A stretch of 49,540 nt of DNA from a virus, in IMG/VR virus record IMGVR_UViG_3300002461_000339, positions 1 through 49,540 of that record, one strand, 5' to 3'. The translations under genes were made by a program, and so were the position numbers. The notes under the pieces were generated by a model. It worked only from the letters and a program-made list of their open reading frames with translations. It had not been told where the DNA came from and ran no database searches. Of the stretch, positions 25,113-34,306 are shown piece after piece (within the stretch, counting starts at the first letter, position 1; each line of letters starts with the position of its first letter).

Positions 25113-25141
25113 GAAAAAGAAAAGGCCCGCGAATGCGGGCC
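25113..25141 (-). terminator. Intrinsic terminator immediately upstream of the major tail gene
   Basis: - strand: GGCCCGC-ATTC-GCGGGCC followed by TTTTCTTTTTCC. Stem 25124-25130/25135-25141. Confidence 0.7.
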
Positions 25142-25164
25142 TGGTCTGGGGTTGCTGGTCGCGG

Positions 25165-25359
25165 CTACTTGCGCCGCTTGCGTGGCCTCGGGCTCGGCGG
25201 CGGGCTCTCGCTCGCCTCCGCTGGCATGTCCACGATCTGGCCGGCGCCGAGGTCACGCAGGCGGCTTGCCTTGTGTTCCGGCAGATCGATGCGGTGGCCA
25301 GCGGCGTAGCGCTCGCCGGCGTGTTCCCAGTCGCGGGAGAACTCAAACAAGACGATCAA
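25165..25359 (-). CDS. Small hypothetical protein (64 aa)
   Basis: ORF track. Proline-rich, basic C-terminus. Confidence 0.45.
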   Translation of the reverse strand: MIVLFEFSRDWEHAGERYAAGHRIDLPEHKASRLRDLGAGQIVDMPAEASESPPPSPRPRKRRK

Positions 25360-25852
25360 GGCGGTGCGCTCCCTGGCTGCAGTCCTGCGATCCGTAGGGG
25401 TTGCCGTTGCCCTCGGCGTAGGTCACGGTGATGCTCACGCGCAGCAGCTCAGCGTCGCCGCCGTCCTGCTTGTTGACGCTCGTGGCGCCGCGATAGGTCA
25501 GCATGCCGATGCCGCCCAGGTCATCCCCAAGCGCGCCGCCGAACTGCGCAAAGACCGCGCGCTTGATGTCGGCTTTTAGCAGCTGGCGATCGGTGCCCGA
25601 GCAGTCCGGCGACAGAGCCGCCTGGATCTCGACGGACAGGCCCATCGTCCACGTGCCCTGATTCCCGGCGCCGTCGGCAGGCTGTTCGCCGACTTCAAAG
25701 ACGCTGATCCACGGCAGTTCAGCGCTGGTGATCGACTCGCCCTCGCGGGTGACGTTGCGGCCGGCATCCGTGTTGAATCCGCCGGGCTTGCGAATCTTCC
25801 GCAGCCGGCACTCGATTGCGCGCAGGGCGCGTTCGGATAGGGGCAGGTTCAT
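25343..25852 (-). CDS. Tail completion/terminator-type protein (169 aa)
   Basis: ATG at 25852 overlaps the upstream TGA (ATGA). Lies in the head-tail joining block. Confidence 0.45.
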   Translation of the reverse strand: MNLPLSERALRAIECRLRKIRKPGGFNTDAGRNVTREGESITSAELPWISVFEVGEQPADGAGNQGTWTMGLSVEIQAALSPDCSGTDRQLLKADIKRAVFAQFGGALGDDLGGIGMLTYRGATSVNKQDGGDAELLRVSITVTYAEGNGNPYGSQDCSQGAHRLDRLV

Positions 25853-26196
25853 CCGATCCACCCGAAAGAAGATCCAGCCGTGATCACGTCGCCGCTGTCC
25901 GGCGGGTCTTGCTCGACAACCGTCACGGTCGCGCCGGCCACGGTCGCCAGCCAGCCGCGGACGGTGCCGACTTCGCTGGCCCAATACTCGCCGTCGTCGA
26001 GGCCGTTGACGCGCCAGTCGCCAAACTCGTCAGCGCGCGCAGTGGCCACGCAGGCGAAGCGCAGGAATACCGCGACCGGAGCGCCGGGCGTCGCGCCTTC
26101 GCCTTCGATGACCGCCGTTGCGAAGCGGCCGAAGGCGTAGTTCGCGACCTCGACCGGCTGCCGAATGACGACGCCGATGTCGCCCAGGTCGCTCAC
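25849..26196 (-). CDS. Hypothetical structural protein (115 aa)
   Basis: GTG at 26196 overlaps the upstream TGA (GTGA). Confidence 0.45.
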   Translation of the reverse strand: MSDLGDIGVVIRQPVEVANYAFGRFATAVIEGEGATPGAPVAVFLRFACVATARADEFGDWRVNGLDDGEYWASEVGTVRGWLATVAGATVTVVEQDPPDSGDVITAGSSFGWIG

Positions 26197-27182
26197 AGCG
26201 TCGGATCCTGCCAAGTGTCGGTCAGCTCGAAGATCAGCTTGCCAGCGTTGGAGAGCGCGCCGCCCATCAGCTCAAACTGCGCGCTCGGATCGTAAATCGA
26301 GGAATTGAAGCGGTCGCCGAAAGCTGCGCCAGCGCCTGCGGCGCCGCAGTTGTGAAGCGGGCACCACAGGTTAGGGAAATACCCTGCGGCCGAAGGGTTG
26401 AGAGCCGTTCCGCCAGCTTGCGAGTTGATCCAGATTTGAGGCGGCGACATTTTGATGCGGCCAGCTGCGTCCGGAATCACAGGTCCGACAACCCCGGAAA
26501 GAGCGCCGGCTGCGCTGTTTGAAGACGGTGTAACGAATGACGCCCTTGGCGCTTTCACCGACCCATCCGGTGTCCGCATTGCAAAGAGCCTGGTTATTGT
26601 TTGCGAAAACACCGAGACGAAAAGGTTAAGAGCCACTGCTTGCGTGTTGGTGTTTGATGCGTTCCGCACCGAAATCACATATGACCAGTCGTTCGCCGCT
26701 TCGATTGGCGAATACTTGCCAAAAATGTACTGGTCATTAACGTTCGCGCTGGCGCCGAACATCACATGCAGCGTCAGCCAGTTCTCCGAGGCGATCAGCA
26801 CCCAGGCGCGGGCGGTGGTGTCCAGGGTGTCGGAAATTCGCCAGGTCTCGTTGCCGGCCGCCACGTCCGAAGTGGACGGGAATTGATCAACCAGCGTGTC
26901 TACACCGGTCGCGCCCTCAGCCGCGCGCACCAGTGCTTCGCGGAAGCCGCCGGTGTTCGATCCGTCGTGCATCACCCGCAGGTAGCAGCCGCCGTCCACG
27001 GTGAGATAGACGCCCTTGTTCGTGCCGCTGTAGGGCTTCGTCCAGCCCTTCTTGGGCAACGCGCCATAGGCCGTGCCAGAGCCCACAAGGCAGATGTCGA
27101 ACAGGTTCACCAGCCCGTTGCCGCTGGTGCCATTCAGCACCGGCGCGCCGGCATCGGTGCTGCGGTAGACGGTCACGCTCAT
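26193..27182 (-). CDS. Virion-associated protein, unknown fold (329 aa)
   Basis: MSVTVYRSTDAGAPVLNGTSG...LFDICLVG N-terminus recalls a recurrent phage structural family. Coupled to the fibre-like gene. Confidence 0.5.
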   Translation of the reverse strand: MSVTVYRSTDAGAPVLNGTSGNGLVNLFDICLVGSGTAYGALPKKGWTKPYSGTNKGVYLTVDGGCYLRVMHDGSNTGGFREALVRAAEGATGVDTLVDQFPSTSDVAAGNETWRISDTLDTTARAWVLIASENWLTLHVMFGASANVNDQYIFGKYSPIEAANDWSYVISVRNASNTNTQAVALNLFVSVFSQTITRLFAMRTPDGSVKAPRASFVTPSSNSAAGALSGVVGPVIPDAAGRIKMSPPQIWINSQAGGTALNPSAAGYFPNLWCPLHNCGAAGAGAAFGDRFNSSIYDPSAQFELMGGALSNAGKLIFELTDTWQDPTL

Positions 27183-28792
27183 GCTTCAGTCGCCTCGATG
27201 ATCAGGGTGATGCCGGTGACGGTGCCGGTGACGCTGGTCACCTCAATTTCGATCAGGTCGCCGTCGTCAATCGCGGTCCACGCGGAGGCCGAGCCGGTGC
27301 CGCGCGCGCCGGATGAAATGCTCGGCGGCGAGCCGGCGGTGATGGCAGTGAAGGTGCCGGAAGCGAAAGGCCGCTTGCGGACCTCGACGGTGATATTCCC
27401 GGTGCTGCCGGCCTTGGGGAGCAGGGTCCATTCCACTGGAGTCAGCCCAGTCACAGCGCGCAGTTCGAAGCGCAGGCCCGTCGTCAGGGCCTGATCCACG
27501 CCGCTGACTCGGCCGCCGTCGAAGCCCGCGGTGATCGTGCGGACGGCAGAGCCGCCGACGAACTCGTCGGGATCGATGTCGCTCCAAGCCTGCAGGTTTT
27601 CGCTCAGCGCAAGAGCGCCCGGCCCCCAGACGAAGCCAGTGCCGACAAGCTCGATCAGCTGGCCGCTGCCTTCGGAGTCCACGAACTGCGCGGAGCCGAA
27701 AAGGCGCTGCTCTTGCGCGTTGCGGATCTTCGCGACCGGAAGCCCCGGGATGTCCGTCGCCGTCAGCGCGCGGAAGGTCGGCGCGGCATCGGCGCCAGTG
27801 CTCGGGCCTGCCAACACGCGGTTGGCTGCCTGCGTGGCGAGCGTCGCAGTGATGGTACCGGCGCTCGTGACCGGGCTGCTGCTGACGATGAAGACGGAAG
27901 GCAGCGACAGCCCCACGCTCGTGACCGTTCCGTTGCCGGTGCCTGCGCCTAGGGCCGCGCGCGCAGCCTCCGCCGTGGTCGCGCCGGTGCCGCCGTTGCC
28001 GATGCCCAGCGTGCCGCCCAGGGTCAGCGTGCCGGCGCCGGTGATCGGGCCGCCGGAGAACGTCAGGCCCGTGCTGCCGCCAGAGGCCTGCACGCTGGTG
28101 ACTGTGCCGGAGCCGCCGCCGCCCGATCCGCTGGCCGCAATGGTCAGCGTGCGCGATGCGCCGACACCGGCGGGCGTCAGGGTCACATTGGTGCCCTGCT
28201 GAAGCATGTTCAGCACCTGGTCGCGCACGTTGGCGGCGAAGTTGCTGAGCAGGGTGAAGTAAAAGCTCGACAGCAGGCCGGCAGTGGACGGCGTGGCCAG
28301 CGGCAGCGCTGCGGCCGAGCCCGTGCTGCTGGTGATCGTGCGCGCGTCACCGGTGCCGCCGACGCCGAGATTGGTCGGCACGTTGACCTGCGCGTTGGCC
28401 GCAATGCCGTTGAGCTTCTGCTTGTCGGCCGCGGACATGAAGCCAGCGACCGCAGTCGTGGCCGTGGCATGCAGCCCGCCGCCAGCCTGCGCACCGTGCG
28501 CGTGCACGTGATCGCCGCGCGCGGCCCGCGTGGAAGAGCCAGGCCCTGCGTTGCCCAGCGGCGCCGGCAGCGCATCGCTCAGGGTCGGGTCGGCCAGCGC
28601 GTCCAGCTTCGCCTTGTCGGCTGCGGACAGGCTGCCTGGCGTGCTCTGCGTGGCGGGCGCAATGCTGAGCGTCGGCGTGACGCCGCCAGTGCTGGCGAGC
28701 GGGGCCTCGACGTTGATGGTCGCGACGCCAGCGGATCCGCGCGCGACCACGCGCACGACGCGCTCGATCGGGGTCACTCGGATGGCGGTCAC
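27179..28792 (-). CDS. Fibre-like protein (537 aa)
   Basis: Two SAADK.KL(D/N) motifs (GSLSAADKAKLDAL, GFMSAADKQKLNGI) typical of phage fibre proteins. Gly/Thr/Ser-rich repeats. Confidence 0.6.
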   Translation of the reverse strand: MTAIRVTPIERVVRVVARGSAGVATINVEAPLASTGGVTPTLSIAPATQSTPGSLSAADKAKLDALADPTLSDALPAPLGNAGPGSSTRAARGDHVHAHGAQAGGGLHATATTAVAGFMSAADKQKLNGIAANAQVNVPTNLGVGGTGDARTITSSTGSAAALPLATPSTAGLLSSFYFTLLSNFAANVRDQVLNMLQQGTNVTLTPAGVGASRTLTIAASGSGGGGSGTVTSVQASGGSTGLTFSGGPITGAGTLTLGGTLGIGNGGTGATTAEAARAALGAGTGNGTVTSVGLSLPSVFIVSSSPVTSAGTITATLATQAANRVLAGPSTGADAAPTFRALTATDIPGLPVAKIRNAQEQRLFGSAQFVDSEGSGQLIELVGTGFVWGPGALALSENLQAWSDIDPDEFVGGSAVRTITAGFDGGRVSGVDQALTTGLRFELRAVTGLTPVEWTLLPKAGSTGNITVEVRKRPFASGTFTAITAGSPPSISSGARGTGSASAWTAIDDGDLIEIEVTSVTGTVTGITLIIEATEA

Positions 28793-29166
28793 GGGCGCGA
28801 CACCTCTTGCGCCAGCACGGTGACCTGCAGGTCGGCAATGGTCTGGCTCAAGGCGTTCTCATTGTCTGGATCGAAGTTGCGCCAGGCCATGTTCACCACA
28901 TGCGCCAGCACGCCGAGCGGCGGCGCGAGGGCGCTGGTCTGGTCTGCCGTGGCCTCGAACACCAGCCGGCCATCGGCCTGCAGAGTGTTGATGCCGTTGC
29001 CCTCCGTGAGGGTGAGCAGCACCTTGCTACCGACGCGAAACTCGACGATCGACTCAGCGCCTGGAAGCGGCACAGTCGGCGAGTCGTCCGTGTCTTTCTC
29101 CACGTACAGCAGAGGCAGATCGGTGAGCGAATCGCCCGCGCGGATATAGATCGGATCGCAGCTCAT
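28789..29166 (-). CDS. Hypothetical structural protein (125 aa)
   Basis: ORF track. Coupled within the late operon. Confidence 0.5.
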   Translation of the reverse strand: MSCDPIYIRAGDSLTDLPLLYVEKDTDDSPTVPLPGAESIVEFRVGSKVLLTLTEGNGINTLQADGRLVFEATADQTSALAPPLGVLAHVVNMAWRNFDPDNENALSQTIADLQVTVLAQEVSRP

Positions 29167-29489
29167 TTGCGCCTCAAGAGGAAGCGGAACATGGATTCGT
29201 CGGCAGCCTGCGGCGTGCTGTCGATCAAGAATTCGCCGTCGGTGAGCAGGACGCCCCAGCCCTTGGTGATGCCCTCGGGCGCGTCCGGGCGCAGCACGTC
29301 CAGCGTGGTCGCGTTGCTGGCCACGGTTGCCTCATCAACGATGAACTGCACCCCGCGCCGCACGAAGCAACGCACGTCGGGAATGGCCGGGCCTGACTTC
29401 GGCACCAGCGTGCAGGTGTCGGCCAGGCCGGCGCGCGCAGCAACGCGATGAATCCGCGCATCCATCGCGGCCAGTCGGGGATTGGTCAT
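29163..29489 (-). CDS. Head-tail connector candidate (108 aa)
   Basis: First gene after the major capsid gene. ORF track. Confidence 0.45.
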   Translation of the reverse strand: MTNPRLAAMDARIHRVAARAGLADTCTLVPKSGPAIPDVRCFVRRGVQFIVDEATVASNATTLDVLRPDAPEGITKGWGVLLTDGEFLIDSTPQAADESMFRFLLRRK

Positions 29490-29502
29490 GGGGCTCCATA
29501 AA

Positions 29503-29534
29503 GGACTCGGCCCGCGCGAGGCGGGCCGGAGTCC
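29503..29534 (-). terminator. Strong stem-loop after the major capsid gene (attenuator or partial terminator)
   Basis: GGACTCGGCCCGC (29503-29515) and GCGGGCCGGAGTCC (29521-29534) form a 13-bp stem with one bulge. It is followed on the - strand by TTTAT. Confidence 0.5.
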
Positions 29535-29555
29535 TGGTGCTGCGGGTGAGGCGGA

Positions 29556-30545
29556 TCAGTTCGAAGTGGTGAGCTCCACCAGCGCCGTCGGGCGCAGGCA
29601 GATGTTCAGCGGGTTCGACTGGGCCTCGATCGCCATGCCCTTGTTCATCGGCAGCGGCTCGCTCTTCGCGTAGTACGGGAGGCCGATCGTGTTGACCGTC
29701 TCCATGTAGTCCGCGGGGGCGAAGCGCGTGATGTACATCTGCGGCACGCCGCCGGGGAACAGCAGGGCCTTGCCGTCGGGCACCTTGACGGCGCTGGTTC
29801 CGCGGTAGCGGTGGAAGATGATGTCGCAGAACTCGACGGCCTGAATCACACCGGTCTGAAGCTCCGGAGCGCGGGCCATGTTCAGGCGGTACTTCTCGTA
29901 CGCCGGGTGCGACACCAGCTTCTTCCAGAACGCCGGGCTGCACAGCGCGTGCATCGAGGTGTAGCCGGTCCCGTCGAGACCCGCCTCGACATGCTCCTGC
30001 GCCTCCAGGCACTTGTCCTTGAGCTTCGTGGAGTCGGTGCCGAGCACGAAGTCCACGCTGTCGCGCGAGCCGCCGAGCAGGGTGTACGCGCTCTGGATGT
30101 CGCCGTTGTTGTCCATGTAGCTGCCCTGCAGGGCGAGCAGGCGGTGGTACTCGATCACGTAGTCGATCTGGCGGCGCATCTTGGCCAGACGTTGGTTGCG
30201 GACCGACTCGACCGCCTTCGTGTTGCTCTCGCTGCCGAACTCGCGAACGCCCTGCACCTGGTCGGCGAGGATGGTGGCGCGCTGCGGGATGTGGGGGATG
30301 CTCAGGCTGTGGACCTTGCGCTTGTCGCTGTTTACCACGGTTCCGCCGCTGCCGCGGGGCTTCGGGGACAGCAGGGCGATCTGCTCGTTCAGCTCTTCGA
30401 TCAGAGCCGCGACAGTCGGGACGCCCTGCTCTTCGAACAGACCCATCTCGCCGATCATCGCCGGCGTGAACGTCAGCTTGTTGATCTCGGCGGTGAGGGT
30501 CGCGAGGTTGAAGGCGTCTTCGGTGAAAACGTTCCAGACGGACAT
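29556..30545 (-). CDS. Major capsid protein, lambda gpE-like
   Basis: MSVWNVFTEDAFNLATLTAEINKL... N-terminus typical of the gpE family. Follows the decoration protein and protease. Confidence 0.75.
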   Translation of the reverse strand: MSVWNVFTEDAFNLATLTAEINKLTFTPAMIGEMGLFEEQGVPTVAALIEELNEQIALLSPKPRGSGGTVVNSDKRKVHSLSIPHIPQRATILADQVQGVREFGSESNTKAVESVRNQRLAKMRRQIDYVIEYHRLLALQGSYMDNNGDIQSAYTLLGGSRDSVDFVLGTDSTKLKDKCLEAQEHVEAGLDGTGYTSMHALCSPAFWKKLVSHPAYEKYRLNMARAPELQTGVIQAVEFCDIIFHRYRGTSAVKVPDGKALLFPGGVPQMYITRFAPADYMETVNTIGLPYYAKSEPLPMNKGMAIEAQSNPLNICLRPTALVELTTSN

Positions 30546-30557
30546 GTGTGCAGCTCC

Positions 30558-31184
30558 TTATCGCAGGATGATCCCGCGGGCAGCGAGCCGCGCGGTTGCA
30601 ATGGCCTTGTTCGCATCGCTGATGCTGTCCGGCCAGGTGAGAAGTGCCGAGGACACTTCGGCGTCGCGAACCAGAACCGTGCAGTCCTGGTCCGCGTCGG
30701 TTGCGTTGGTGCCGTAGCAGAGGATTGCAGCGGCGGTCTGGGTGCCGTCGGTCGCCGCCGGGTCCAAGGCCTCGTAGTCGCCGCCGGTGACGGTGACGTG
30801 GATCACGTCGCCGATGTCCCAGTCGTTCGCGCCGTCCGCGACGGTCAGGCTGATCTGGTTGGTGACGTAGGCCGAGGCCACGGTGAGATTCGGCAGGTAG
30901 CTGCCGTCCGGCGCGCGCACGCTGAAGGTGCCAGCGTTGCCCGCCTCGGTCAGACCGGTGAGAACGTAGATGCCGACCTGCGCATCCGGGCCGACCGTGA
31001 CAGCGCCGACGGTGCCGTCACCGGTGCCGGAGACCTTGGCGCCGGCGCCAGTCAGCAGCCGGCCGAGAACGGCGCCGGCGACCAGGTTCTGGCCAGAGTT
31101 GAGGGTGCCCGCTTCGCGCGAGCGGAAGCCCGGAGCCTCGGACAGCAGGAACTCGAGGGCGTGGGTGGTTTCGAGAAGAGCCAT
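30558..31184 (-). CDS. Head decoration protein, gpD-like
   Basis: Position between the protease and MCP. N-terminal ...EFLLSEAPGFRSREAGTL resembles gpD-family N-termini. Confidence 0.55.
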   Translation of the reverse strand: MALLETTHALEFLLSEAPGFRSREAGTLNSGQNLVAGAVLGRLLTGAGAKVSGTGDGTVGAVTVGPDAQVGIYVLTGLTEAGNAGTFSVRAPDGSYLPNLTVASAYVTNQISLTVADGANDWDIGDVIHVTVTGGDYEALDPAATDGTQTAAAILCYGTNATDADQDCTVLVRDAEVSSALLTWPDSISDANKAIATARLAARGIILR

Positions 31185-31199
31185 AGCGATTTCCTCGCG

Positions 31200-32603
31200 T
31201 TACTGCCGCTTGCGGCGGCTTTCGTAGATCCCCTGGATGTCGAGGGGGGTTGCGGCCTTGGCGGATGCCTTGGCCGGAATTGATGTGGTGATCTCCGGCC
31301 CCGTGTCGGCCTTGAGGTCCAGCAGCTGTGCGCGTGCGGCTTCCACGCTTGCGCCGGCCTCGACCAGATCGCTGGCCAGACTTTCGACGCCAGCCGCGGC
31401 GCACAGGTCGCGCACCTTCGCGGCGTAGGCGATGGCGGCGTCGGCCTCCATGTCGGCGGGCGGATGCTTGAGCAGGGCCATGCCGAGGGCTGGCGGCAGC
31501 GCCGATGCAGCGACGGCCGAGGCCAGCGCGGCGAGCGGGTCGGGCTTGGCGGCCAGCGCTTCCTGTGCGGCAGCGGTTGCAGCCTGCAGCTCGGCCAGCG
31601 CTTCGGAGACAGCGCCCGACACGGAAGTGGTTTCGATTGCCAGCTTCAGGACTTCGGCAGCCGGGCGCATCTCCGGCTCTTCTTCCGTCCCGGCCTGCTC
31701 TTCGCCCGGCGGCATCTCGGCAGCAGGCGCAGGCGCGCCGGCGGCGATGTGCTGCATCAGCTGCTGGAAGGTGCCGATGCGGTCGGCGAAGCCCACGGCC
31801 ACCGCGTCGGCGCCGCTGTAGACCTCGGCCTCCGTCGCCATGACCGCATCGACTTCAAGGCCGCGGCTCTCGGCGACCAGCGTCGCGAAGGCCAGGCGCA
31901 TCGCGTCCATCTTGTCCTGCATGCGCTCGCGCACCGCATCCTTCAGCGGCTGCGCAGAGTTGAAGTCCACCTTGTGCGCGCCGGAGTAGATCGGCGTGAC
32001 CTTGATGCCCTGCTGCGCCAGCCGGCCGGATTCGTCGATGTGGTAGCCCACGACGCCGACAGAGCCGGCGCCAGCGCTGCGCGTCGTCCAGATCTCATCT
32101 GCGGCCACGGCCAGCGCGAACGCCGCGCTATAGGCGTAGTCGTCAAGGCTCGCGTAGATCGGCTTGCGGCCACGGCCGGCGCGGATGTGCTCGGCAAGAT
32201 CGAAGCAGCCCGAGGCAGAGCCGCCGGGGGACTCGAAGCGGAAGACGATGGCCTGCACGCCGTCGTCCGCCATCGCCGCATCGAACGCCTGCTGGATCTC
32301 GACGTAGGACATGGGGCCAGGGCCACAGTCGCCGGGCATGGGCCGGTTCACCAGCGCGCCGGAGACGTTGATCACGGCGATCGAGTCGCCCTGCATCTCG
32401 GGCTCGCGCGCCGCGTCGGTCGGCACCAGCTCCATCGTCGGCGGCCGGGCATCGATCGCACCGGACATGTAGCCCTGAATCAGGGCCTCGCCCATCTGCG
32501 GATGGATCAGCAGCGGCCGGCCGATGGCGTGCGTGTACAGCTGCGACACGACGGGCGCAGGGCTGCGGCCGAGAAGCCGCGCCAGGATGTTCAGTGGTTT
32601 CAT
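31200..32603 (-). CDS. S49-family head maturation protease / scaffold (gpC-like)
   Basis: IVFRFESPGGSASG motif of SppA/ClpP-like S49 peptidases. Ala-rich C-terminal scaffold-like region. Follows the portal gene. Confidence 0.8.
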   Translation of the reverse strand: MKPLNILARLLGRSPAPVVSQLYTHAIGRPLLIHPQMGEALIQGYMSGAIDARPPTMELVPTDAAREPEMQGDSIAVINVSGALVNRPMPGDCGPGPMSYVEIQQAFDAAMADDGVQAIVFRFESPGGSASGCFDLAEHIRAGRGRKPIYASLDDYAYSAAFALAVAADEIWTTRSAGAGSVGVVGYHIDESGRLAQQGIKVTPIYSGAHKVDFNSAQPLKDAVRERMQDKMDAMRLAFATLVAESRGLEVDAVMATEAEVYSGADAVAVGFADRIGTFQQLMQHIAAGAPAPAAEMPPGEEQAGTEEEPEMRPAAEVLKLAIETTSVSGAVSEALAELQAATAAAQEALAAKPDPLAALASAVAASALPPALGMALLKHPPADMEADAAIAYAAKVRDLCAAAGVESLASDLVEAGASVEAARAQLLDLKADTGPEITTSIPAKASAKAATPLDIQGIYESRRKRQ

Positions 32604-34093
32604 TGCGTCGCCTCATTGGGAGAGGTATCGGGCAGGCTGGCGTCGCTTGTGCCGCCCGCCTGCGTGATGCCGTTTGCGCTGGTCTTGCGCGGGTCCGAGT
32701 CGAAGACGAATCCGGCCTCGTCGGCACGGCGGTTGTCGTCTGCGATCTGCTGGTCCACCGACTCCGGGTCTTCGCCGCTGCCGAGGATCGCGGCGCTGCG
32801 CGACTTGAAGCCGGCGCGCACCGCGTTGCGCTCGGCGGTGACGTCCTGCACCGGGTGCGACCACGGCCAGCCCTGCGGCACCCACAGCGTCTTGCTGTAC
32901 CAGGTGCGGCGGGCCGCGTAGTCGTCCAGCTCAATTGCGCCGGAGAGCACGGCGGCGTCCATGAAGGCCACGCGGACTTTCTGCAGCAGCTGCGGGATCA
33001 GGTACAGCCACTGCCGCTGTTCGATGTTGCGGCGGAACTCGTTCAGGATCAGGCGCAGCGCGCGGTCAGACACGTCGCGCAGGTCGCCGGTCAGCACCTC
33101 GTAGGGGATGCCGCGGGCTGCGGCGATGGCCTGCAGTCGCGTGCGCATGTACTCGACGAAGTTGCTGCCCGCGTCCGGCGGGTTCGAGAACTCGGGCTTG
33201 ACGCCAGCGGGCAATTCGACCGCCGTTCCCGGCTCAAGGCCGCCCATCTGGATTCCATCGCCGGCAGTTTCAGGCGCCAGCTCTTCGCCGATCCCGACGC
33301 CCTGCGAATCCTTGTCGCGAGTGAAGAAGACGGTGAAGAGGTTGCCGATGAGCTGGCGCTCCGAAACCGCGTCGCCGAACTGCCCGGCCTTGAACATCTC
33401 CAGCAGCGCCGACGTGCCATGCGGCATGCCGCGGTGCTGCCCCGCGCGCAGCGGGGTGTAGAGGTGCATCACCTGCTCAGCCGGAACGCGCACCAGCTCG
33501 GTGCCGTTGACCTCTTTCTGCTGGTCGCCCGGGTGCTCGCGGTACATCCAGTACGCGACGCGGCGCCCCAGGCGATCGAACTCGATCCCCTGCCGGATGG
33601 CGTTGCCGTTGCTGGCGTTGCCGTTGTGGTGCGTCGGGCACTGCTCGGCCTCGATCAGCTGCAGCTGCAGCGGCACGCGCAGACCATCCTCGGGGCGACG
33701 CGAGCGGATGCGCGCGAACACCTCGCCGGCCTCTTCCCACTCGCGCCAGGCCACCGCCTGCAGGCCGTAGAAGTCGAGCACGCCGTCGGCATCGCACTGG
33801 CCGATCCACTCTTCCCAGGCCTCGTGCACAGCCGCGCGCAGCTCCGGGGAGCCGTTGACCATCTTGGCCTGCACACCGGTGCCGATGCCGTTGGAGACGG
33901 ACCGGTCGGACGCGGCGGCGCCCCAAGGGTCATTGCGGGTCGCGGCGCGCGAGCGAGCGCGCACGGTCTCGACCGACGCCATGACGGCATTCGGGCCGCT
34001 CGTGCCGCTGCGCCAGATCTTGAGCCGGCGGCCATGCCCAGCCGCGACGTAGTCGGGCGACGGCGAGCCGCTGGGGATCTCGATGTCGCTCAC
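32600..34093 (-). CDS. Portal protein, lambda family
   Basis: 497 aa, located between gpW and the S49 protease, as in lambda. Confidence 0.8.
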   Translation of the reverse strand: MSDIEIPSGSPSPDYVAAGHGRRLKIWRSGTSGPNAVMASVETVRARSRAATRNDPWGAAASDRSVSNGIGTGVQAKMVNGSPELRAAVHEAWEEWIGQCDADGVLDFYGLQAVAWREWEEAGEVFARIRSRRPEDGLRVPLQLQLIEAEQCPTHHNGNASNGNAIRQGIEFDRLGRRVAYWMYREHPGDQQKEVNGTELVRVPAEQVMHLYTPLRAGQHRGMPHGTSALLEMFKAGQFGDAVSERQLIGNLFTVFFTRDKDSQGVGIGEELAPETAGDGIQMGGLEPGTAVELPAGVKPEFSNPPDAGSNFVEYMRTRLQAIAAARGIPYEVLTGDLRDVSDRALRLILNEFRRNIEQRQWLYLIPQLLQKVRVAFMDAAVLSGAIELDDYAARRTWYSKTLWVPQGWPWSHPVQDVTAERNAVRAGFKSRSAAILGSGEDPESVDQQIADDNRRADEAGFVFDSDPRKTSANGITQAGGTSDASLPDTSPNEATQ

Positions 34094-34302
34094 AGGCCGG
34101 TGCCTTTCTGATACAGGCGCATCACTCGGCTGCGCGGCGGCTTCGATGCGGCGTCAAGCTCGGCGATGATCCGGTCCCGCGCGCGCAGCATCTGGTCGGT
34201 GTCCTGATAGGTGACCATGCGCCCGTCGCCGTAGCGCACGCTCTTCTCGCCCCCGGCAATCGCCGAGGTGATCAGCGCCAGGTCTTCGGTGGTGAATGCC
34301 AT
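34090..34302 (-). CDS. gpW-like head-tail joining protein
   Basis: 70 aa, located between TerL and the portal gene. ...VRYGDGRMVTYQDTDQMLRARDRI is gpW-like. Confidence 0.65.
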   Translation of the reverse strand: MAFTTEDLALITSAIAGGEKSVRYGDGRMVTYQDTDQMLRARDRIIAELDAASKPPRSRVMRLYQKGTGL

Positions 34303-34306
34303 CGGA

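Noticed and set aside
15065-28792. Diversity-generating retroelement or other targeted hypervariation in the tail-fibre genes
   Set aside because: No reverse transcriptase ORF exists anywhere in the window. I saw no template/variable repeat pair. The repeated modules are divergent at the protein level, not adenine-specific variants.
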